Shown here piece after piece: positions 1 through 14,100 of a stretch of DNA of 64,000 nt. Position numbers and translations under genes: made by a program. The notes beneath the pieces are model-generated. The model saw only the letters and a program-made list of their open reading frames with translations. It searched no databases and was not told where the DNA came from. Source of the DNA: Bispira polyomma. Lineage: Eukaryota. How positions within the stretch are numbered: position 1 is the first letter of the stretch; each line of letters begins with the position of its first letter. The stretch covers positions 34,100,001 through 34,164,000 of the forward strand of contig OZ287760.1 in the NCBI GenBank assembly GCA_965649765.1, given 5' to 3'.

Positions 1-819
1 GATTTTATTCCAAATAGAATAAATTGGTTGAAGTTGAGCAGTTTTTTGGCCTTGTTATCTTCAGCATTGAGTTCCAGGCCAGAACGATTTCACAGTTTCG
101 AGACCAGAAATACAGTGATTATTACAGAATGTTCACTTCATCGACCAATGTTTGTGCTTCTGTACATTTTTTCCCACATCTAGACAGTTGGCGTTTTGAT
201 TGGTATTGGATGGATTATGTTTTTGGCCCTGTAGTCGGGTTTTTCCAATTTATACAGTACATGTTCAAGAACATTTGTCATTGAGGATGGTCCTCGTCAT
301 AGGATTATCAGACAGGGAATTTAAAGAAACTTAGGACCATTGCTGTGCAGGGTACCTGCTGTTTTGGGGGATGTCTGAAACTCATAAACTTATTTCATTG
401 GCATTTGAGTTTGCAGATCCTGTTTCTCTGGTGAACATTCCAGCCATTAAATTTGCCCTGGATGGTTCATTTGCTGGAATTGATTTTTGATGTCCTGGCA
501 GATCGGGAAGATATTATCTTGTTAGATCTGTCACAGGGACTATTTTATCTTCATACATACAGTCATATGCTGATGAGCTGTTTTGTTTCTCTTAATTTTA
601 GTTCTCTTCATGTGAGTTCTAGAAGTGAAGAGTTTTTCTATTGAGGAAGATGATGCTGTCTGGATGACTATTTCTTTGCATGATGACTTCAGTAAAGTAC
701 CTTATCCATTAAGTGGGTCATGGATTGTTTCTCGATCTGGGTTTTCATGCTCTACATGTTTAGTACTGGTATAGAGGCATGCTCTTATTACTATGTCTTC
801 AAGTAGAAGGTTGGATGAA

Positions 820-1530
820 TACTTGCTGGTTCAAAAGAAATGTCTAGTGAAGTAACTTTATCCTTCAAATACAGCACCACTTACCATTGAGTGAAGTAGG
901 CTGCTGGTTGAATACTTACTGACACATAAGTAACTGTTCAGTGAAGTCCTTTCTTGGTCCTTGTAATTCAGCACTACTTACCATGGAGTGAAAGTTGTTT
1001 TGCTGGTTGAATTCTTACTGTTCATTGAATTGTCCAGTGAATTAATTCTTTTTGTTCTTAAAGGACAACATTATTTGCATATTCTTGGGTATGCTGTTAG
1101 TTGAATGTTTACTGGTTTGTAAGAAACTGTCCAGTAAAGTATTTTTTCCTTGTCCTTCCAATACAGCTCCACTTATTTTGGAGTGAAAGGGGTTTGCTGG
1201 TTGAATTCTTACTGGATTACTAAACTGTCCAGTTAAGTAATTCTTTTAATCCTTAATGTACAGCACTACTGTCATGAATTTGAATAGGCTGTTGGTTGAG
1301 TGCTTACTGGTTCTTAGGGAACTTTCGTCTTACTGTTACTACAGTTACTACAGTTCTACTTACATTAGCTGAGTGGTCTGTTGGTTGAATACTTATTGGT
1401 TCATAAGGAAATGTCCAGTGAAGTGTTCTTATTTATCTTAGCAGGGCAGCATTACTTGCCACAAAGTCAAGTAGTCTGTTGGTGGCTTACTTACTGGCTT
1501 CATTAGAAATTATCCAGTGAAGTAATTTTT
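820..1530. repeat. Degenerate ~120-bp tandem repeat (~6 units), presumably in an INTS2 intron
   Basis: Recurring TGTCCAGTGAAGT...CAGCACTACTT...GGTTGAATACTTACTG blocks at ~120-bp spacing. Confidence 0.7.
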
Positions 1531-1956
1531 CTTTATACTGTCTACATACATTTTTGCATGTGCTGATGACTTGTCCGTTTTCTCTTGCAACCCTTTTATT
1601 GAGTGGCATATTGTGAAGAGATCAGCTGTGGGATGTGATGTCATTTTGATGATAGTTTAGCATAATAGCCAGAGGACATCATCTTCTTGGCATATTGACA
1701 TGCATATGTGGTACAGTCATATCTGTGTAGAACACAGCAATACTTGTTATACTGTTAGGTAGTTGGCTGTTTTGTTAGGCTTACGTGCTTCGTTTAAAGT
1801 GTTAGAGTAAGTCAAATGCCTTATCCTCGAAAACTAATGCTTCAAAACTCTTTAATTCCTTAGGTGGGGCTCTGTTTCACACAAATAACCCTCCTCTTTC
1901 AAAGTTGGATTTAAGCATTAGTGAGGATAAGGTAAGGTGTATTTATCGCAATAAAA

Positions 1957-2291
1957 TGTAAAAATTTTATTGTAATTTATCTTTTTGGAAGACAAATACC
2001 CACCTTATCCTCACTAAACCGGATCCTGTCCCAACCAGCCCCACTTTTATTTGTGGAAACATCTCCCCAATTAATTGTGAAGGGGATCTCGAAGACGAGA
2101 GTTGAAGGGACTTCAGGCGCATGCGCAGTGAGAATGGTGAGATTTATTTAGGTCAAATCACAAGAATAGTCTTTCAAAAAAGAGGTGATTTTTTTTGGTC
2201 CAACATATTTAGGTGTACTAAATTAAAGCATTAGTGAGGATAAGGTAAGTATTTATCTTCCAAAAAGATAAACTACAGTAAAATTTTTACA
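1957..2291. mobile_element. MITE-like element with ~60-bp terminal inverted repeats
   Basis: TGTAAAAATTTTATTGTAATTTATCTTTTTGGAAG...CCTTATCCTCACTAA (1957-2017) is inverted at 2230-2291. A related arm pair lies at ~1815-1945. Confidence 0.7.
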
Positions 2292-3991
2292 ATTAGTGTG
2301 ACTTGTAATGCATGGTTTACACGTGAACCAATCGAAAACTGATCTTACTCCACTAAATGTTTGTGTCAGTCAATTAAATACTAGTCTACCTGCTTTACAG
2401 GGTGTTAGCTATTGAGTAAACTTTGTAAAAGAAAGGGAATACTATATACAATTACCAGTGCTAATGCTGTGTTAGGAATACTGTATTAAATATTTTATTT
2501 GGTGAGGAACAAGTGAGCGATCGTGAGATTTTTTGTCTTTGCATTTTAAACATCATATTTAAAGTGTCAGTTAAACTTACGATAAAAAATTGCCACTAAA
2601 TTTAAATAAAATGTTTATTTTTAGTAGTCTCAGGCTACTAAACTACTGCTTAAGTTGAATCTTGAATTATCTGGTTTAAGAAGGACCTTCGCTTGTGCGG
2701 AGGTAACACACCCCTCCTTATGACCCCTCTAAGGGCTGTTGTGCTCTTGTGATTTACAGCCTTGGCTTTACAATCACTGGCCTGTCAGCAATGTGTGGGT
2801 TCCAATCTTGTTTATTTCTTTGTGTGGGAAAGCTTGTCAGGTTCCCCGTAGCCTTGTGGTTAGGTCTCTGGTTCTACACCCGGTACGCACACTTTCCTCC
2901 GTGGCCAGAATTTGGTTGTATTGTTGTTAGTGCTGAGACAGTCTTTGTCGAAAATCGAAGGTTCGCTTGGGTTAGCTATTGTCAACGAGGTTCTGAGCCA
3001 ATTTTTGCAAAGTTCACATGACTTTGTTCGGAAAAAGATATATTTTTTAAATGTTATATTATCGCCCGCAAAATAATTTTTTTTTTGTGAGGTTTTAAAG
3101 CAAAATTATGTGACAAACAAATTATTGATGAGGATAATTTGGTTGTTTATGCAAACGAAAAACAATAGCTAGCTAAGTTTAATAAATTTAGTCTTTGTGG
3201 TTGCTGATATGGCCCAAGCTCTTGACAAGAAGTGGAGTTATAAATATCTGATGTTAAAATTAAAAGTATAGTTCTTTACACTGAACTCGCAGCACTATTT
3301 GTGATACTTGGGAGCAGCATTTTCCTGTGTTATGGGTACTTGCCGTAGGCCGGTGGTTTACACTACTTCAGCACTGGTTTCTTCTACCATTGAATCTGGC
3401 CATACAGATGTGACCTAAGCTTTTGAAAGCAACAAATTCAAATTCACTGCATTAAATATTGGTGAACATTGCTATGATGGTCTGAGTTCCCCGCATACAT
3501 ATAAATGGATGCGTGACCGTGTTTTGAATATGTATAGTTTGTAGTCAAATCTTGGTAAATGTACATAAATATTTCCCCTGACGAATGAGAGATCTGTGGT
3601 GAAACATGCGTTAGGTAATGATGTCATAATTATATTGTAATGACATCATAGGTGAACCACCTGTCTTATCTGTGATGTTGCATAATAAAGACAAATTTCC
3701 TGGTGTGGAATAGGATGATAAGGTGGACACGGTTTCGCCAGTTGAGTCTCAGACGTATTGAGATTTGTTAGAAATGTACTGGTGAGTACTGGAAGTGGAG
3801 AATATTCTGGTAAGAGCACAGTTTGGTGGATTGGGGTTTATCAAACAGGCTGTAGAAACTGTGGTGATCCACTTGGACTGGTGAGGTCAAGTGAGTACAA
3901 TGAGTGGTCTATCTGGTGATGGGGGAAAAAAATAAAATTGGGTACTGAAAGCACCTGCCTGAGTCACCGCATTGTTTCTGTACATTTACAG

Positions 3992-4153
3992 TATTACCCG
4001 GAGACCTGCGTACCGAGTTCTTCCTGCGCACACTCCCCTCCGTGGCCAGAATCTCGCAGGCGTTTCCCCCGCTGTGTGAGGACGTGGTGGAGCTTCTAGT
4101 ACAGCTGGGTAAAGTGTGCACCGCGCATCTGGCCAATACAGGGGAACTACAGG
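3992..4153 (+). CDS. INTS2: Integrator complex subunit 2, penultimate coding exon (phase 1-1)
   Basis: tttacag|...|gtacgt. Translates (V)LPGDLRTEFFLRTLPSVARISQAFPPLCEDVVELLVQLGKVCTAHLANTGELQ, which matches the recalled INTS2 C-terminal motif LPSLVSFCRAFPPLYEDIMSLLIQIGQVC. Confidence 0.85.
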
Positions 4154-5133
4154 GTACGTACTTCACTAGATTTAGACACCTGGCCCAACTATGATTATAA
4201 TTCATTTAAGGTCGTATTTACCCTAATTAAACTAAGAATATTGATGTTTAAGTGCAAGATGTTATTTCAACCTAACATTCATGGGAAAATGAGGTACCAA
4301 TTAATTTGATTGATCGATCAATTAGTATTCACCGATAATTTGTCTGAAGCAATTTGATTGGCTGAGCCTAAGAAGAATTCAAAGTGTTAGTTATTTTACA
4401 TGGTATGTTAAAGGTCTTGACTAAAATCTGCCATCTATGAGCCCAAAGCTGGGATTGAAGCAAGTCTCCAGGTCCTAAGCAAGTGTGGTTCAGTCGCATT
4501 TGGCCACAGAGATTAGATCTAAACCAAGTCTGTAGAAACCCCATAATGGCCAGGAATATGATCCTGTGTAAAACTAGGAAAGGGATCTCAGTAGAGCGCA
4601 TACCTATGCTAAAGTGCCACAGTGATCAGATCTAAACCAAGTCATTAAATACTGCACAGAAAGAGACACCCAATAATTACTGGGTATAATATTCAATATA
4701 ACTAGAAAAGGGCACTCAGTAGAGCGCATACCTACCCTAAGGTTCCATGGTAGTGGCAAAGCCATTTAGTTAGAGATTCACTGTCACTAGTGCTGTTTGG
4801 CGGTTTTTTGGGGGGAGAAAGGATTAATTATCATTTTCAATAACCGATAAATCTAAAAACTTAGACACAAATATGGATATTGTAATCAGCTGTTTGTTAG
4901 TCCCGTAAAAGTTCACCATAATACTGTATGAGCTAAAAGGCCAAGGCTTCAAAGCCTAGACAGACGCAGCCACTTCATGCCAGCAGTTTGGCTTTTTCTC
5001 ACTGATCTGATAAAGCACACTTGTAGGGTTTTCTATTCACATCTACAATGTACACATATAGTACAATACACATATAGTAAGATATGCATTTCCTTACAAA
5101 TTGACTCATTTTTTCTGTGTATTTTTCTAACAG

Positions 5134-5288
5134 AAGCCTCGGTGTACGACCTTCAGATGTTACCATTGAAGGGCGGTGGTGGGCCCCCTCCCCATCTCCC
5201 CTCTACCTCCGCACACTCGAGGCTCTACAACCAAGTAAAGCTGACCTACAGTACAGTGGTCAGAGGAACTCTACTACTTAAAGACTGA
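5134..5288 (+). CDS. INTS2: INTS2 terminal coding exon
   Basis: Polypyrimidine tract + ctaacag acceptor; phase 1 joins the previous exon; EASVYDLQMLPLKGGGGPPPHLPSTSAHSRLYNQVKLTYSTVVRGTLLLKD*. Confidence 0.75.
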
Positions 5289-6081
5289 CCCCAACCTCTC
5301 TCTACAACCAAGTAAAGCTGACCTACAGTACATTGGTCAGAGGAACAGTACTGCTGAAATACTGATCAAACACTGACTGCCAGAAACAATCAACTGAGAA
5401 ATCCCTCATGTCCGACCCTTCTCCCGTCAGTCTTAAATCTTAAGACTTTTCTCTTAGCTAAGTTTTTGAACTTAAGTGGACTTAAGTTAAGACTCTTTTG
5501 AGACAAAATTCATAACTTCATTGAATTATTGTTTTGTTTATTGAAAAAAAAAAAAAAAAAAAAAAAATCTTATTTACATTTTTTCACACACACATCCTTC
5601 TTACGCCTCAATGAACATTTCAAAGTTAAAATAGATCAGAAAAATAAACAATAGTTTTCTTTCATTGGTTATAAAACCGAAAACTTGTCGGGAATTAATT
5701 AATCCTGTTACACTGTAACTTCAGCTTAGCTGCTTTGTGAATACTACTAAGACTGACTTGAAAAGACAAAAAAGGTAGTTTTAGACAAAATGGTTAAATT
5801 TAAGCCTAAGCTCCTGGCTTAACAGCTTTGGTGTGAATACCGCATCACATGGAGAATGACAGGCTAGCTACTGACAGGAACTGGAGTTACAGAGTGATGG
5901 GGAATAGCGTGAAACCTAGAAACTGACCTGCACCGGACATACTGCACCTGGAGTTCTAGAATGAGAGGGCATAGCATGCAGCCAAGAACTGACCGTGAAG
6001 TGGACATCTGTGTATGTCATTGAGTTGGTAGACATTGTCACATTATATCCATCAGAAGTGTGTTGTGTGAGGGTGATGAAG

Positions 6082-6307
6082 TAAGGAATCTGAAATTTGC
6101 CACTGTATCTGAAATTCACCACCCCCTCTAAAATTTAGGCCCAATCAATGAAAATTTGTCAAAAAACTAACTGTAATTTAGTGTAAGTAAGGGCAAAAAA
6201 GTCACAGAAATCTCAATTTCAGCAAATGTCACCCCCGATTCTACCGAAAACACAACATTTTTCTGGATGGCTTATTTCAGATACAGTGGCTAATTTTGGA
6301 TTCCTTC
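6082..6307. mobile_element. MITE family A (~220 bp); further copies at ~10250-10461, ~21807-22020, ~57529-57759 and partial at ~56955-57118
   Basis: TIR (T)AAGGAATCTAAAATTCGCCACTGTATCTGAAAT...ATTTCAGATACAGTGGCGAATTTTAGATTCCTT recurs with similar internal sequence. Confidence 0.8.
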
Positions 6308-6889
6308 CCCTGTATACATGTATATGGTATATGTTGGACATTGTCACATTGTATCCGTCATCAGAAAGCGTGTTGTGTTGGGTGGCTATCTCCGATTTGT
6401 GTGGTGAAAACTGTTTTTTTTTTTTTTTAAAAAAGGTTATTTAGACGTGCAGAGTAGTAGCAATTTCACTATTATACTCCTACCAATAGGTTTTGAGTTT
6501 TTGCATGAGTTGTTTTTTTCAAAATGGGAGAAAAGTTGTCGATTCAATTTATGTTTAAAATGAACAGTTTTATAGGGTGCTGAGAAAGCACATATGATAA
6601 GCAAAATAACTCAAGTTTACACTAATTTAATCATAGCTAGCCTTGTATTTGGGTTGCAAATCCCTCTCAAAACTCCGAGTTAAAAAATGTCGACATAAAA
6701 CTTATGTTGTCATATTGCTATTTGATAATAATAACAAGTCAAATCGATCTGCTTTGTCTGCACCCTTTTGACGGCAAGCAATCGTCAGCATCTGTTACTC
6801 CTAGAACCTAGGTGTGTGTTAGCAAGTAGTTGACCCTCCCAAAAATGGTGTTTTATTTCCTTCAGTTCCTCACAATAGGAAATAATTGT

Positions 6890-7106
6890 TACACGGGCGG
6901 TCACAATATTGTCCGGGTCATAATAGTGTCCGTTGCATTTAAAAAAAAACTTACTGACAGAAATTAATTTTGAAAACACATGCTACTTTATGCCTATGAA
7001 TTAAATTACATAATACTATATTTTATTTTTGAGAAATCTACGTTTTATACTTTAAAAAGTGCGTCGACCAATATTGTGACCCGTACACTATTGTGACCGC
7101 CCGTGT
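6890..7106. mobile_element. MITE family B; second copy at ~11802-12005
   Basis: TACACGGGCGGTCACAAT...ATTGTGACCGCCCGTGT inverted ends; both copies share the internal ACACATGCTACTT...CCTATGAATT core. Confidence 0.7.
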
Positions 7107-7946
7107 TGTACAGAAGACCTTCCTGTTTAAAAACTTACACATGGGGCCACTATTGAAAGACGGAAGTAGCCTGTGGTGTGTGTTTTAGTGACTCCAGCTA
7201 TCTGTAACCTAATACCCAAACCAATCCTGTCAGTTCCGCCAACAGGTTTTCTCTCTGGGTCGAAAGGGTTAATTTTGTTTTTATTTAACAGGCTCAAATT
7301 CTTTGCATGTTTGAATGGTGTTCCACGTTCTTATTCTTAGTGAATAGCTGTAGTGGTAGCAGCCTAATTGAATTGTCTGAATTTAACTAAGTTACACAGT
7401 GTATTTCATAGTACCGGTCTGGTCATAATACAGTATGCTGTGTGAGTAAAGTACTAAATCACCAGACTAGATTTAACTGAGTTACAAAGTGTATTTCATA
7501 GTACCGGTCTGGTCATAATGCAGCATGCTGTGTCAGTAAAGTACTAAATCACGAGACTAGATTTCACTCGAAGAATATCAAATAAACTCTGCAAAGTACA
7601 AAACTAATTAACCCTGTGAAAGACCTTGTATGTCATGTGTCTGTCAGAAAGGTAGTTGACGCGTACCACATTTGCGATGCGTCAGTCCTGCAGAAATGCT
7701 TTGTTTAAAAAATAAATATACATGAAGTCATTGTGAAAATCTGAAATGCCAGACATGGTATATGTGTGTGGTGTGTTTTGGTAACTTGAACTATCTGCAA
7801 CCCTTTAGCCGGGAATTTCCTTCAGCACAGTGACGGACTGCTCCATTGGTGGCTTAGGGGGTTAAAAAATACCCATGGGAACAAAATAAATGTCAACCGA
7901 CTAGTAGATATTATGAGTAGACCAGAACTATTTAACAGCTACATTT

Positions 7947-8144
7947 ACAGTCAAAAACCTGTTTAGGTAGAACACTGTAAAGTTGGTTTCTGCCTATTCA
8001 TGTGGAATATATATTTACATAGTCCCACACAGGCCCTTTGTTTTAATGATCTAAGTGGAAATCCTGTTAAGTGGAAATCCTCCTTAAGTAGAGGTATTTT
8101 ATTCTGGCCCTTTGAGGTTCTACTTAGAATGGTTTTTCACTGTA
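7947..8144. mobile_element. TA-flanked MITE (CAGT...ACTG ends); related element at ~37897-38094
   Basis: TACAGTCAAAAACC...GTAGAAC inverted as GTTCTAC...GGTTTTTCACTGTA. Confidence 0.55.
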
Positions 8145-11100
8145 TCTGACGGAGACCAAAATCTTAACTTTTTCGGCCTAAAGACCAAAAGCTCAAGACT
8201 AAGACCTTTTGTTGATATGGTTTGAACTGGTTTGAACTGGTTTGAACATCATTCCAGTTGTAACTAGTGTTCTTGAACTCATGTAAAATGGTTCAAAATA
8301 GGGCTGTGTAACAAGTCCCAAAAAATGTCTTACTACCTAACCCTGCAACATCCCTGCATTTAGTATGAAGAGGTCCCAGAAAATGTCTTACTACCTAACC
8401 CTGTGACATCCCTGCATTTAGTATGAACAAGTCCCAAGAAACGTCTTCTACCTAACCCTGTGACATCACTGTATTTAGTATGAACAGGTCCCAGGAAACC
8501 TGTTTACAGACATGGCGGCTGATTGTAAACAATATATTTACATCGAAAAATTCTTATGGTGGCAAATATCTGGAGGTAGTAATGGAAATTATGTCACACC
8601 CCTAGTTACACCCCTAGTTAAAAAAACCAACCTTGCGTTTAAGATTGGAATAATGTAATTGTGAAGTTTCTTGTACTATAATCTACATGTTAAGTGATAA
8701 CAATGTCCTATGCTGTATGGAGAAAAAATGTTTACACAGTTTAAACTTGTACAAGTTTCGACCATTCTCTGACAGAACACTTTCACTTTCTGAGAGTAAC
8801 AACCTTTCTAATACCGCCTCAGGTTAGTACCCTATTAGGCGTTTCACTGGTTTGTTGATTACATGTGCTTCTTATCTTCAAATAGTCATGGGCAAATAGT
8901 CTTTGTAACTTCCTCAAATGGACTAAATGCATTTGTTTTCAATTCGGGACACATTTTTCACAGAGTATAACAATTGTTTTTAAACTGTCTAAACATATTT
9001 GTGTCTTGAGCCAAAACATGGTATGTTTTCTCTTCAAATCACTTCAAATGAAGCGACTGTTTTGTTTATTTTACAAAATCTAGGGCGTGGCTATCTTTTA
9101 CAAGTTTGACTGAAAGTGCTTTATTTGGTTCATGTTAAACATTTGTATATTATGAAAATAACAGTGTTAATAGGTTTTTGAAAAATCGACTTTAATTTCT
9201 TTAATCAAAACCTCTAAGCGACTTTGCTGCTTTTTTGCCAAACTAGGCGGCTATTCTTTAAAAAGAAAACACGGTGTATTGGTATGTGGGACAGTGTCAA
9301 ATAAATGTTTCAAAATTCAATATGTATCAAACAATTCAACTATCCACAAAATATGTGAAGGCTTAAACCCTTTGGACTCCTAGGTTGTCCGCTAACAGCC
9401 AACAACATGTCTTCCTCCCAAAACCTGTTGTCTGTCTGCAGGCAGGTTTAACTTGTTTTACTTGTGCAAGCCATTCCAGGGTACTGACCACAAGCCCAGG
9501 GTCTGATTTAAAAACTAAGGAAAATTCTAAGCACATTTGCGGGTGTTTCTGCATTCTGGATACAAACATTTTCGTCGGATTCTAAAGATGCAATGGAAGA
9601 TAAAAAACCGGCTGACCGATTAATATAATACATGTATATATGTATATATATATAAGCAAAGCGGTTGTACAGAGTATTTTCTGAAAAAACATTGAAATCC
9701 TTGTAATTTCACTGAATCCACATCATGACAAGATGGACTAATTTACTAAATGTTTTTTATATTAAAACCTCCTGTGAAGGGTCGTATCCTGTTAACAGTT
9801 ATAGCTCATGCTCCCTTTTCTGTTGATGTTACACGTAATGCCAGATGTTCAAGCTGGTGAACGAATGAAACTGACATTTTGTCCGGAATCCGGTTTAAAT
9901 AAAACATTGGATCACAACAGTAATGCTACCACATAGAGCACAGTTCTTAGATCTATCCGAGTTAGTATAAAAACTGTTTGGGAACCGCCCTTTACCCTAA
10001 AGTAGAAAACGTGCGGTCTTTTAGTTGTATTTTAGATGTAAGCCAAGGGTTTTAGTACATCGAAGTTCAGATGATTTGTTGCAAGTTTTTCATATATATT
10101 GATCAAGCAGTTTTGTCCAAATACAGTGGACTCAAACAGTATCAGGCAAAATTCTCTCATAACTCAAACCATTATTCTGGTTCTACTAGACAAAAGTACT
10201 CCCAAATCTTGTACTCTACTGTTTATGTAATTTGACTCGTACTAAGAGTAAGGAATCCAAAATTCGCCACTCTATCTGAAATTCGCCACATAGAGTATGT
10301 TGTGTTATAGTTTAGAATTGTGGGAAATATTTGCTGCAACTGAAATTTTTGTGTGTATTTTGACCTAATATCTAAATTCCAGTGATTTTTTGCCCCGTTT
10401 TTGATTGATTTGGCTTAGGGGATGGCAAATTTTAGATTTGTGGCAAATTGTAGATTCCTTGACTAGTGTATTGTTGACGCAGTGAGAGACATGTGTGAGT
10501 ATTAAGTATTGAACGTTAATGTTCCCCCAGTAAACTATCAGTTAACCTCCTAAGGGTTTCAAACATTCAAAAGGTAGTGAAGTAGCCGGAGCATAGTACT
10601 TCCAGGAATAAGTAGACTTGATCCACTATTATCTGAACATAATTGTAAAGAAAGCAACAAAGGTAGAGCTTTGTTATGTCCCCGTCCCAAATTTATTCGG
10701 GAGGGGCCATTATACTTTTGATCTCTCCGTCTGTGACGTGAACAACCAATCCACTATTTTTGCCATCAAGGCTGGGTGTAGGTCACTCATATTTGGTACA
10801 TGAACTGATATGACCTTGACATTATTTGAAAAATATCAGCTTTAAGGCTCACTTGAGGGAGGATTTCAAAATATTGACTTAAAGGCTGACTTTTGGGGGG
10901 GTATAAAAAAATCGACTGTAAGGCTGACTTTTGAGGGGTATAAAAATATCCACTTTAAGGCTGACTTTTGGGGATTTGTATTTAGACAGGTAGACATAAC
11001 ACAAACTGTTAACAAACTGTTAAACTTTACTGTTGAAGTACTATTTTCATTTTTGGTGTAGTTACTAGTAGATGTGACCTAAAGGTGGACTTGGAATGGA

Positions 11101-14100
11101 TTGAACTTTTTTTGCACTTATACCAAAGACTCTCTTCGACCTCTACTGTTGGAGCAGAACATTTGTATTGGGCATATTAATAAATGCGACCAATTTACTG
11201 GTATCTCTGAGCCTCTGTAGGGCCGAGGGATACTTTTGTAGTTGTATAAATTACTAAGAACATGTGAAGAGTAGAAACAAGTTAATTGTGGAGGGGGGGG
11301 GGGGGATGTTTGGAGCAACTAACTATACAAAAAATAAAATATGTGAATATACATTTTATACTTTTATTTGGTAAATCTCAAATACAGTGGCAACTTAGTG
11401 AAAATCGTGGGTCAGGACACGAAGCAGTGCCCGGTGTCCCCCTGCGAAATGCTGGCAATACCAAGTAAACACGAGTACCTATATCTAGCCACTTACACAC
11501 CCACTGACACTGCAGTGTCTTGACTCTGAATGCAGTATTTTATGTAAACACTGTAAGTTGCAAGGTCAAGGACAGACACCAAGGTTTCTGTGTTTGTATA
11601 TGACACCCCTAGAAAGCAGGCCTGGTAATTCTCCTGGTACTAGCCATATATCAAATTCCAGCAGCCACTTCAAATTACTGGTACTAACGCCAGGCCAAGT
11701 GCTAGTGTACTGTCTGATCATATTATTTCTAAAACATTCCAGAATGTTCTAGAAGGCTCTACAAAAATTAAAAATACCAGCTAGAGTCTTATCAATCACA
11801 CTACATGGGCGTTCATAAAACCGGTCAGGTCACAATACCGTCCGTTTCAATTTTAAAGATAAATTAATATTAAAAACACATGCTACTTCATCCCTATGAA
11901 TTCAAGTAAAGAACACTATTTTATTTTAAAGAAATCTACAGTTAAGGCATTGAAATGTATGTCAAACGCCATTGTGACCTGACCGGTATTATGAGCGCCT
12001 GTGTATATGTGTAAAAAACTGAACTACTTCGTACATAAACCTGCTGGCCATTGCCAAATATTCAAAGACAAACAGCTGGTGATCAATGGTCAACACTCTA
12101 ACCTCTGCAGGACTTGAACTACTTGGAATACACAAAACAAGATACCCCTAAGAAGTGAACTGATACATGGTCAAGCATTTTACATACATTTGCCCCCATA
12201 TCGATTTGTTTTCCTGCATTAGTGCAAGGCCTTCACTCGACTTCAAGTCTCCATATACATCATTGGTACAGTTTAGTTACCACAACCTCAAGCGAACTAA
12301 TCACTGTGGGCCATAGGGAATCTGTATAGCAGTGTTATGTACATGGTAGATAGATGAATAATGCTGACAATATATTTCTAAATACCCCTCAAGTTTTGAT
12401 GAAGGTATACATGGTGTACATCATTCACACACAAGATCCTGTATTTAACCAGAGCAAAGGAAACAGAATACACAATGAATGTTGTAATCCCTGAATAAGC
12501 AATACAGGTACCAGTGGAGGGATGGGGGTTATTAATTCACTACATATTGAACGATATTATTGATATACCCGATGCAATCTGTGCTTCCATGTGGTTTGTT
12601 TTGTTCTATTTTTCACTTATTTTTATTGGAAGGGGTTGGTAAATGCCTTATGAACTGTGTTAACGCAAAATTGATGGGTGAAATGTGTATTATATTTGTA
12701 AAAACTTCCTTCAACAGATGAACTAGAGCCTACAATACTATTCCATCTGAGAAGTCACTTTGCTTAATATATGCCTTAAACCTTTGATTTTCATGGCAAC
12801 GATTGGAGACAGTATTGTCTATGGCAAAAAAAAAAAGGGTGAGATTGAAAACAACAGTTAATTATTCAAACCCTATCAACTATAATTGTGAGACAACATT
12901 GGCCAATATATAGAGAGGCTGTTCAAGCCATCTGGTGGCCCCCAGAGGGTCACTATGCTGTAGGCAGTTACTCTGTCACTGGTCCTGGTGAATCTCTGAA
13001 CCTGAGGTTGGTTGGGAGAGCATCGCTGTTTGCAGGGTGAAATTAAAGCACTTGACATTTCATCAAGTTTATAAATAAAAATAATGCAATAAATTAAATT
13101 TTGGCCATTCATGAATAGAAATATGAACAATTCTTCTTTTGTTTGTATGCCCCACCACCCACCCCTAGAACTTTGGCCAGGGTTATAGTTAAAGAACACT
13201 CCCCCAATATGGGACTTAGGGTATGAATAATTGTGTCCAACAATTTCATACAGTTTACTTTGTGAAAATTCTTTGATAACTAATTCTTCAGAGTAAAGCA
13301 TTTGTGTAACTTTCCTCAGAAAATAATGTTTCCAAAGACTTTGGACAAAAGTAAAAGGCATAAGAATATCGCTAACGCCATATTTATGCCAATCCCTAAT
13401 CCCAACCACCACCTACGGATGACTTTCCTATATACCTTAGCTGCACCATCAACTTATGGTTGGTAATGTTTGAATAATTACCTGGTCATATTCTATTCAA
13501 ACATATCAATATGCATTACCCCTTTAACACCCAAGTTGCAAAGCTTGATCTTATGGATTAATTTACAAGTGTTTTCCCATGAAGTTTATGACACTGCACT
13601 CCTAGCGGAGTTTCACCTAAACATGTCAAATGTTTACGGAGGAGATAGCAGCTTATAGCAACATCTTTTCAACCATGGCAAGTAGTGAACGTTTGTCATA
13701 GTATTTTCAAATTGAATTGTTTTTTAATGGTAATTATGTATAAATCCTTAATTAATGGGCTGTAAGTGTATTATGTATGTAAAAGCTTCATTTGGACAGA
13801 TGGACTTGAGCCTACAGCACTACCCCATCTGAAAAGTCACTGGCTTAATACAAGCCTTAAACCTTTGATTTTCAGGGCGACGGTTGTAGACAGTATCTGT
13901 ACACTGGATTCCTGTTAAATTTCAATGTAACTTGCGATCAATCGAGCGAGTTCCACAAAAGGTTTTAAGCTTTAATTGCAATTCACAAAAGTTCTTGGCC
14001 GAAACTTAGAGTAAGTTTTGTCTTAACTTCCAGACCACCGCAGCTGAAGGCAGACTCAAGAATAGGAAAAATCTCAAGTATGACTACCTGCCAAATGATT

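Noticed and set aside
1-700. Short ORFs at the window start as INTS2 exons
   Set aside because: No recognisable INTS2 similarity or clean splice pairs; likely intronic, possibly a degraded retroelement.
5286-5315. Stop-codon readthrough of INTS2 into the duplicated C-terminus
   Set aside because: The readthrough frame gives PQPLSTTK*; the duplicate is in a different frame.
12000-13900. 178-aa ORF (12876-13412) and possible decayed LINE; ~100-bp repeat at ~12715 and ~13797
   Set aside because: No recognisable domain or splice structure; probably old transposon debris that I cannot classify by eye.
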